Below are positions 1-5,221 of a stretch of 6,924 bases of DNA, one piece after another (the stretch's first letter is position 1; each line of letters begins with the position of its first letter). The stretch lies in contig DAOPNM010000027.1 in assembly GCA_035357435.1 (NCBI GenBank), positions 1 to 6,924 on the forward strand, in the 5' to 3' direction. The notes under the pieces were generated by a model. It had not been told where the DNA came from and searched no databases. It saw only the letters and a program-made list of their open reading frames with translations. This DNA is from an archaeon (GTDB lineage Archaea; Iainarchaeota; Iainarchaeia; Iainarchaeales; CSSED10-239). The position numbers were made by a program, and so were the translations under genes.

Positions 1-18
1 AAAAAAATAGAATTACAT

Positions 19-879
19 ATGGTAAAACAAGAAATTATTGACATAATTGTACAAAAGTCAAAAGATGGATGGGACACTGCTGACATCCTTAATTATTTAG
101 TCAGTAAAGGGTATAGTTTAAATGATATAAGTGAAGCAATTCAAGCATATAAATCAGGGCAATATACAACAACTTCTCCACAAATATCATCAACAAATAC
201 ATCACAATATACACAATCAACAACATCTCAATCACAAACAAAAGATACACCAAAATATGTTTCAATAACTGATGTTGAAAGACAAGTTTATGACCACACA
301 ATTCCCACAACATACATTGTTAAAAAAGAAACAAAACCAGAAATAGAAATACCTATAAAAGAAGAAAAAACAGAAAAACCAAAAAAAGGAATATTTAAAA
401 TAAAAAAAGAAAAAACAACTGAAGAACCAAGTATAACTGATAAAAAAAAGAAAAAATCAACTCTTATTATAATTATATTAATTGTTTTAATTATCGCAAT
501 GCTATTTTATCTATACGTTATAGACCCTTTTAATCTTAATCTTCCAGGAAGTCAAGAAATAAAAACATTAATTTTTGGATCAAATGAAACAACAGAAACT
601 ATACCTGATGGAAACTACACAATTCCATCAACACAACCATTAGCACCACCAACAAACCAACCACCTACACCACCATCATTACCAAATACAGGGGCTAGTG
701 GAACCCAATCAACACCACCAACATTACCAAATACAGGGGCTAGTGGAACCCAATCAACACCACCAACATTACCAAATACAGGGGCTAGTGGAACCCAATC
801 AACACCACCAATATTACCTGTACCACCAACAAACCAACCACCTACACCACCAGATATAAATTTGCCAAAATTACCATAA
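19..879 (+). CDS. Hypothetical bitopic membrane protein. It has a small N-terminal helical domain, an S/T/Q-rich then K/E-rich linker, one TM helix, and a Pro/Thr-rich C-terminal region with 3 tandem 15-aa repeats.
   Basis: 286-aa ORF with ATG start and TAA stop. A KKKKKS stretch is followed by the hydrophobic stretch LIIIILIVLIIAMLFYLYVI (about nt 460-525), so positive-inside topology puts the N-terminus in the cytoplasm. N-x-T sequons (NET, NYT) lie just after the TM helix. The C-terminus carries PP(S/T)LPNTGASGTQST x3, flanked by PPTNQPPTPP on both sides. I recognise no family. Confidence 0.8.
   Translation: MVKQEIIDIIVQKSKDGWDTADILNYLVSKGYSLNDISEAIQAYKSGQYTTTSPQISSTNTSQYTQSTTSQSQTKDTPKYVSITDVERQVYDHTIPTTYIVKKETKPEIEIPIKEEKTEKPKKGIFKIKKEKTTEEPSITDKKKKKSTLIIIILIVLIIAMLFYLYVIDPFNLNLPGSQEIKTLIFGSNETTETIPDGNYTIPSTQPLAPPTNQPPTPPSLPNTGASGTQSTPPTLPNTGASGTQSTPPTLPNTGASGTQSTPPILPVPPTNQPPTPPDINLPKLP
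667..813 (+). repeat. Tandem 45-bp in-frame repeat, about 3.2 copies, inside the CDS 19..879
   Basis: The unit ttaccaaatacaggggctagtggaacccaatcaacaccaccaaca occurs at 679-723 and 724-768 (identical). The copy at 769-813 has a single change (aca to ata). A 30-nt direct repeat ccaccaacaaaccaaccacctacaccacca flanks the array at about 646-675 and 824-853. Confidence 0.95.
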
Positions 880-891
880 ATTTATCCTAAA

Positions 892-1656
892 TTAACTTCT
901 TTTTCCAGCAACAAAAAAAATAGTTTTTTTTTCAAAAATTTTAAATATTTCTAATCCTTTTACATTTTCAGAATAACCTATTAGTTGTAAATTATTTATT
1001 CTAAACCATTTTTTTATTTCTTTTAAGGTGTGATAACTTTCATAAGGTACCGCATATCTATCATATAAAGTAGTCAGTGGTGCAGTTCTAAATATTCTAG
1101 CAAAATTACTTGTTGTTAACCAATTAATTATTTTATCTGGATCTTTAGAAACAAATGTTTTTATTAAAAATCTATTAAATCTATATTTTTGTCTAGAATA
1201 TTTATGATAAAACCCCAAAATAATTATGCCATCTTTATCTAAAAGATCAATTAATTTTGTAAAACCAAGATAGGGATTTTCTGTATGGTGTAAAACACCC
1301 GTACATATAATTATATGAAATTTACCTAATTGTTTTAAATTAGAATTAATTATATCCATTTGTTTAAAATTAATGTCTACATTATTATTTTTTGCTAAAA
1401 GCTTTGCTTTTTCTAATTGCCCTTCTGAAAAATCTATACTTGTAACATGTGCGCCATATTTTGCAAATAAAACAGATTTTTCTCCAGTACCACAACCTGC
1501 ATCTAATATGTTTTTAGACATAATTGTATTTAAGGAAAGGTTTGCATAACTTAAGATTTTAGAAACTAATTTTTTATGGTTTTTAATTTGTTTGTTGGTA
1601 TAAAATTTTAAATCTGGATAATTATAGGAGTTATAATAGTTTTTTACAGAATCCAT
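892..1656 (-). CDS. Class I SAM-dependent methyltransferase (Methyltransf_11/25-like), substrate unknown
   Basis: 254-aa ORF. Motif I is ILDAGCGTGEKS, followed by an acidic residue at the end of beta-2 (VTSIDFS) and the post-motif II/III pattern IIICTGVLHHTENP, typical of the Rossmann-fold methyltransferases. It starts 30 nt downstream of the ndk stop on the same strand, so it is probably co-transcribed. It is convergent with the 19..879 CDS, with only 12 nt between the two stop codons. Confidence 0.88.
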   Translation of the reverse strand: MDSVKNYYNSYNYPDLKFYTNKQIKNHKKLVSKILSYANLSLNTIMSKNILDAGCGTGEKSVLFAKYGAHVTSIDFSEGQLEKAKLLAKNNNVDINFKQMDIINSNLKQLGKFHIIICTGVLHHTENPYLGFTKLIDLLDKDGIIILGFYHKYSRQKYRFNRFLIKTFVSKDPDKIINWLTTSNFARIFRTAPLTTLYDRYAVPYESYHTLKEIKKWFRINNLQLIGYSENVKGLEIFKIFEKKTIFFVAGKRS

Positions 1657-1686
1657 GTTTCTATATCCATTATGCAGATTTGAAAA

Positions 1687-2283
1687 CTATTGCAGTGTAT
1701 TCCAGAAATATGAAAGTTTATCATGAAGATTGGAATATGAAATTAATTCTTCTGGTTTAAACCATACATTTATTTCTCTTTTTGCAGTTTCTGGAGAATC
1801 AGATGCATGAATTACATTTGCAGTAGGTCTTTTAAAATAATCGGAAAGAACATATGAATCTTGAGAGAAATCTCCTCTTATAGTACCTGGTGCTGCTTTT
1901 AATGGATTTGTTGACCCTGCCATTTTTCTTACAATTTCTATAACCATATGGCCTTCTAAAACAATTGCAATTACAGGGGTTGGATCTTTCATAAAATAAT
2001 TTATTAATTCATCATTTATTTCTTTTGCAAGTTCAATTTCAGTTTTATCAGTAACAATTCCTCTTTCTTTCAAATTATCTAAAGCTTTTTTACCTGCACT
2101 TAAGGCCCATTCCTCTGTAAAAGGATAATGTTGTTTACAGGTCTCTAGTGCTGGTTTTACCATTTTAAGACCAACAATCTTTAAACCCATTCTTTCAAAT
2201 CTAGTAATAATTTCCCCACAAATACCTCTTTCAACAGATTCTGGTTTTAATAAAACTAATGTCCTTTCTATTGGATCAGTCAT
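1687..2283 (-). CDS. ndk: Nucleoside diphosphate kinase, long form (about 198 aa) with internal insertions
   Basis: NDK hallmarks are present: ERTLVLLKPESVERGICGEIITRFERMGLKIVGLKM, VRKMAGSTNP, PGTIRGDF, and the catalytic-His motif NVIHASDSPETAKREI. The ORF track starts at a GTG (2292). I prefer the ATG at 2283 because that GTG is part of a GTGAT Shine-Dalgarno-like motif (rc of 2288-2292) 4 nt upstream of the ATG. Confidence 0.93.
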   Translation of the reverse strand: MTDPIERTLVLLKPESVERGICGEIITRFERMGLKIVGLKMVKPALETCKQHYPFTEEWALSAGKKALDNLKERGIVTDKTEIELAKEINDELINYFMKDPTPVIAIVLEGHMVIEIVRKMAGSTNPLKAAPGTIRGDFSQDSYVLSDYFKRPTANVIHASDSPETAKREINVWFKPEELISYSNLHDKLSYFWNTLQ

Positions 2284-2431
2284 GTTTATCACACATTTTA
2301 TTTTTTAATTTAATTTTAAATATATAAATAATATTATTATATAAATATTTATAAAGTCTTTTAAATTAAAAAACACATTTTTCTTGTTCATTTGCCAAAT
2401 AAGATAAATAAAAAAGAATATAATTAAAATA

Positions 2432-3592
2432 TTATAATTTCTCCAAAACATAAATATACCTATTTATTTTTGTACCACTAGGTGTTGTATAAAAAATAGG
2501 ATTTTTTAAATCAAGATCTTTATTAATTTCAGAAACATTAACTAAACCAAAATTGTTTTTCTCATAAACATTTTTGTATATACCATATATTTTATTATTA
2601 TTTGTTTTAAATTCAGGTAAAATACACACAATTCTTGTACCTGTTTTTAAATTATTACTTAAGTTTTTAAACAAATCAAAATAAAGTGAATTTAATTGCT
2701 TTAAAATAGCTTTTGCAGTACCTGAGCTTGGTAATTTATTTAAGAATGGGCCCATATATGGCTCAAAAACAACACCATCTGCTGTTATATTTAAACTTGT
2801 AGCATCCCCATTTATAATTTTAAAACTGTTTTTTAAATTAAATTGTTTAATAGCCCATAAAACATTATCCTTTGCAGTTTTGCACATCTCTGTATCTTTA
2901 TCTATTCCTATAACATTATATCCAAGACAAAGTCCTTGAATAAGAAAAGTTCCTGCCCCACAAAATGGATCTAAAATTGTTTTCCCTTTTTTTAATCCTA
3001 AAATATTTATCATAATTTGTGAAAGACGAAAAGATGTTGAATATAATTGTTTTATAGATGGCCGTTTTGTATCCTTAAACACATTTAACTTAGAATCAAA
3101 ACAAAAAAGAGATTTGGAAAAATAATATTTTCCATGTGCTTTAACAATAACTAATTCAAAACCATTATTATTTAATTTCCAAGAAAAAAAATCATCAGGA
3201 GAAACAATGTTTTCAGATTTTGGTTTTTTATAAACCGCTTTTACCTTTTCTTGTTTAAAATGTTGTTTTAAAATATAAATAATTTGCTCAATTTCATTAT
3301 TATTTAGATCTATAGAAGATACAGAAAAATTAAAATTTGTATAAAACTCAAAATCAAATTTAGATAAAAAACTAGGTGAAACATTTTCTGAAACAAAAAA
3401 TGTTTGTGCAATTCTTGTTATCCCACCTAGTTCTAAAATAATTTTATTTAAATTTATTTCTTGTTTAAAATCAATTAAAAGATATTTATAATGGTTTTCT
3501 ACAATTTGATAATCAATATCGTTTGTTTTAAAATAAACACTAATCTCTAATTTAGAAAGATCTGAATCTCTTCCAAGTAAAAATAAATACAT
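2432..3592 (-). CDS. Putative THUMP-domain / UPF0020-type RNA (tRNA guanine-N2, Trm11/TrmG10-like) methyltransferase
   Basis: 386-aa ORF. The C-terminal half has SAM motif I ILDPFCGAGTFLIQG and an acidic residue after beta-2 (VIGIDKD). It has a (D/N)PPY-position motif reading VFEPYMGP. The N-terminal roughly 190 aa begins LLGRDSDLSKLEI, like the N-terminal ferredoxin-like/THUMP module of archaeal Trm11/TrmG10 proteins. The family assignment is by motif only. Confidence 0.65.
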   Translation of the reverse strand: MYLFLLGRDSDLSKLEISVYFKTNDIDYQIVENHYKYLLIDFKQEINLNKIILELGGITRIAQTFFVSENVSPSFLSKFDFEFYTNFNFSVSSIDLNNNEIEQIIYILKQHFKQEKVKAVYKKPKSENIVSPDDFFSWKLNNNGFELVIVKAHGKYYFSKSLFCFDSKLNVFKDTKRPSIKQLYSTSFRLSQIMINILGLKKGKTILDPFCGAGTFLIQGLCLGYNVIGIDKDTEMCKTAKDNVLWAIKQFNLKNSFKIINGDATSLNITADGVVFEPYMGPFLNKLPSSGTAKAILKQLNSLYFDLFKNLSNNLKTGTRIVCILPEFKTNNNKIYGIYKNVYEKNNFGLVNVSEINKDLDLKNPIFYTTPSGTKINRYIYVLEKL

Positions 3593-3617
3593 TTTTAATC
3601 AATACCAAATTCATATA

Positions 3618-3656
3618 AATAAAAAAGAAAAAAAATAAGCAGCTATTTGGCTGCTT
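3618..3656 (-). terminator. Hairpin plus oligo-T terminator candidate for rpl10e
   Basis: On the - strand, aagcagc-caaata-gctgctt forms a 7-bp stem (3637-3643 with 3650-3656) that includes the TAG stop. It is followed immediately by a-tttttttt-c-tttttt (rc of 3621-3636). Oligo-T tracts are the established archaeal termination signal. Confidence 0.45.
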
Positions 3657-4386
3657 CTTTTCCAGATTTAGAATCTGTTTTTGTAGTGGCCTTTGTATCT
3701 GACTTAGTATCTGATTTTGCAGCACTACCTTTTGCATCAGGTTTTGCGGCACTACCTTTTGCAGTAGTAGCTGCTTTGATACTTTCATCTTCTGCTTGTT
3801 GTGCTGCCAATAACTTTTTCCTTTTTTTGACAGTACCAACAGATTTTAATTTATCCTTGTTTTCTTCAACAATAACCTTCATTGGACAAGGAAATTTAGG
3901 TGATGCTTTTTCTAAAAGTTTTTTTACCAAATCTACATTTTCTTTATTTACTAAAACACTCATTATTTTTTGATTTGGTTTTACTCTAACAGCAGACCCA
4001 ATAACTTTACCAAAAGGACATTGGCTCATTCCTTGCTGAATTCTATCTGCATGTGCACCTTGTGCTTGCTTATTTTCTCTTAAATAAAATTGTGGATGTA
4101 CTCTTATTTTCAAATAATAATTACTTTGTGTTAATTTTTTATTTAATTGTCTACCAACTGTTATTCTTGCTGCTTCAATTGCATTATCTCTAATTTGTAT
4201 TTTTTTTGTAGAGACTAAATGCAAAACATGGGTATAATTTTGATCACCAAAACCCATATGGTATTGTTTAATTTTACTTCCTGGAATACCACCAACATAA
4301 TTTTTTTTATGCACTTTTTTTGCATATCTTGCATATGCTCTTTTTTTTACATCTTTGTCATAACATCTTCCTGGTCTTAACCCCAT
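3643..4386 (-). CDS. rpl10e: 50S ribosomal protein uL16 (archaeal/eukaryotic L10e type) with a C-terminal Lys/Ala/Ser/Thr-rich extension of about 60 aa
   Basis: The N-terminus MGLRPGRCYDK...YARYAKK...YVGGIPGSKIKQYHMG and the internal RVHPQFYLRENKQAQGAHADRIQQGM match the L10e family pattern (RPARCY...GvP.pKI..f.mG; R..P.hvlR.nK). A GTGAT SD-like motif (rc of 4392-4396) lies 5 nt upstream of the ATG. The tail is KKRKKLLAAQQAEDESIKAATTAKGSAAKPDAKGSAAKSDTKSDTKATTKTDSKSGKEAAK. Confidence 0.95.
   Translation of the reverse strand: MGLRPGRCYDKDVKKRAYARYAKKVHKKNYVGGIPGSKIKQYHMGFGDQNYTHVLHLVSTKKIQIRDNAIEAARITVGRQLNKKLTQSNYYLKIRVHPQFYLRENKQAQGAHADRIQQGMSQCPFGKVIGSAVRVKPNQKIMSVLVNKENVDLVKKLLEKASPKFPCPMKVIVEENKDKLKSVGTVKKRKKLLAAQQAEDESIKAATTAKGSAAKPDAKGSAAKSDTKSDTKATTKTDSKSGKEAAK
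3715..3763 (-). repeat. 27-bp-period in-frame repeat within the uL16 tail (AKGSAAKPD / AKGSAAKSD)
   Basis: ttttgcagcactaccttttgca (3715-3736) and ttttgcggcactaccttttgca (3742-3763) differ at one position. Confidence 0.9.
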
Positions 4387-4428
4387 ATAATATCACATTT
4401 CATAAGTTTCTATATTTTATTATTTATT

Positions 4429-4463
4429 AAATTATTTTTAACTAACAAATTATTTTTAACTAA
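4429..4463. repeat. Perfect 17-bp direct repeat with 18-bp period, upstream of rpl10e
   Basis: aaattatttttaactaa occurs at 4429-4445 and again at 4447-4463, separated by a single c. A degenerate third copy (aataatttttaat) follows at about 4468-4480. On the - strand each copy reads ttagttaaaaataattt, containing a TATA-like ttaaaaata 45-75 nt upstream of the rpl10e ATG. Confidence 0.85.
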
Positions 4464-4544
4464 TCATAATAATTTTTAATATATAATATATATGGAGAAA
4501 GATATATAAAGCAAATCTATATTAAAAACAACAAATATTATTTA

Positions 4545-4670
4545 AAGAAGGAAGAAGAACAGGGATCTGTTCCATTCCTTTTAAATTCGAAATATAAAAG
4601 AAACAGTATGCTCATTCTTCCTCTTTTCTGCCTTTCCTTGTGGAATCAGGTAATAGATTACCTGATATAT
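4545..4670. ncRNA. Candidate structured small RNA or 5' leader of unknown family; strand unresolved, - slightly favoured
   Basis: G+C-enriched island (about 35% by my hand count, against about 10% in the flanks) inside a 480-bp non-coding gap. Predicted structures: a 9-bp/4-nt-loop hairpin at 4645-4666, a 6-bp hairpin at 4557-4572, an A/U stem pairing 4578-4583 with 4595-4600, and a long-range helix pairing 4548-4556 with 4615-4623. I recognise no tRNA, C/D-box, SRP or RNase P signature. Confidence 0.3.
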
Positions 4671-4866
4671 AATGGATAAAAGTTATTATATATAGTAGGT
4701 AGTTAAAAAATAAAATTTTTTTAAAAAAATATTTAAAAAACCAAACTTAAAGTAATTATGCTGATATTTAAATAAGGAAAAATGAAGATATAAAGGATGT
4801 TTATTTAGTTTAGGCTTTTGTAACTTATAATACATATTTTACACCAAACATTTAACTTTATCAATA

Positions 4867-5220
4867 TCAATCTTTACTCCAAGAAAGTTTATCTCCTTTT
4901 TTTAAATAATCTATACTTATATCTGCAGGAATTTCAACAATATATTTTGATTTCTGTTTTGGTTTGTACAAACTATATGGTTTAAGATTTTTTTTAATAT
5001 CAACAATCTTTTTAGAACTATCTAAAAAAATTAAATGAATTGGAAAATTCATAAAAAAAGTATGGATTATTGCAGAAAATGTAGATGGTTTCTTTAAAAT
5101 AAAAATTAATGCATAATCTACATCTTTTCTTTTTTTGAACATTAAACCACTTAATTGCTCAAAAAAGGATATTGCAAATCTATGTTTTGTAACAATTATT
5201 TTTTTATTATTTTTTAACAA
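4867..5220 (-). CDS. DUF192 (COG1430) family protein
   Basis: 117-aa ORF matching the DUF192 pattern: A.S...Q.SGLMF.K....D.ALIF......F...HTFFMNFPIHLIFLD...KIV.I...L.P......P......YIVEIPA.......KGDKL. The open frame has no ATG before the conserved core. The only plausible start is TTG at 5220, 1 nt after the TAA of the upstream gene. The stop is TGA. Confidence 0.72.
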   Translation of the reverse strand: MLKNNKKIIVTKHRFAISFFEQLSGLMFKKRKDVDYALIFILKKPSTFSAIIHTFFMNFPIHLIFLDSSKKIVDIKKNLKPYSLYKPKQKSKYIVEIPADISIDYLKKGDKLSWSKD

Positions 5221-5221
5221 A

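Noticed and set aside
101-313. 70-aa ORF on the - strand, antisense to the 19..879 CDS
   Set aside because: It lies entirely within a better-supported gene on the opposite strand. Its hydrophobic, low-complexity translation is typical of the antisense frame in AT-rich DNA, and it has no start context or recognisable motif.
667-813. Tandem repeats as a possible CRISPR-like or mobile-element feature
   Set aside because: The repeats are contiguous with no spacers, in frame within a CDS, and encode a Pro/Thr-rich peptide repeat. There are no flanking inverted repeats and no cas or transposase genes in the window.
3552-3973. Two ORFs (3552..3839 - strand, 95 aa; 3647..3973 + strand, 108 aa) overlapping the 3' part of rpl10e
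   Set aside because: Both are alternative or antisense frames of the repetitive Lys/Ala-rich tail of uL16. Their translations are low-complexity (QK/LQ repeats, FAALPFA repeats) and simply mirror the 27-bp repeat. One would also run across the rpl10e terminator and the methyltransferase start.
4545-4670. Possible tRNA, C/D-box sRNA or RNase P fragment. Prompts were ttcgaa resembling a T-loop, ctga resembling a D box, and aggaaaggc on the - strand resembling the RNase P GAGGAAAGUCC motif.
   Set aside because: The ttcgaa has no complementary 5-bp T-stem arms and there is no acceptor or D-arm. There is no RUGAUGA C box anywhere nearby. The island is far too short, and lacks the P4 partner (ACAGAA...GGCUUA), to be RNase P RNA.
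4538-4679. Two mutually overlapping mini-ORFs in the G+C island: + strand 4608..4679 (MLILPLFCLSLWNQVIDYLIYNG, 23 aa) and - strand 4538..4615 (MSILFLLYFEFKRNGTDPCSSSFFK, 25 aa)
   Set aside because: Neither has a GTGAT/GGTG-type ribosome-binding site or a TATA box at leaderless distance. They overlap each other on opposite strands, and ORFs of this size arise easily by chance. A small hydrophobic peptide is not formally excluded, so this is kept as an alternative under the ncRNA finding.
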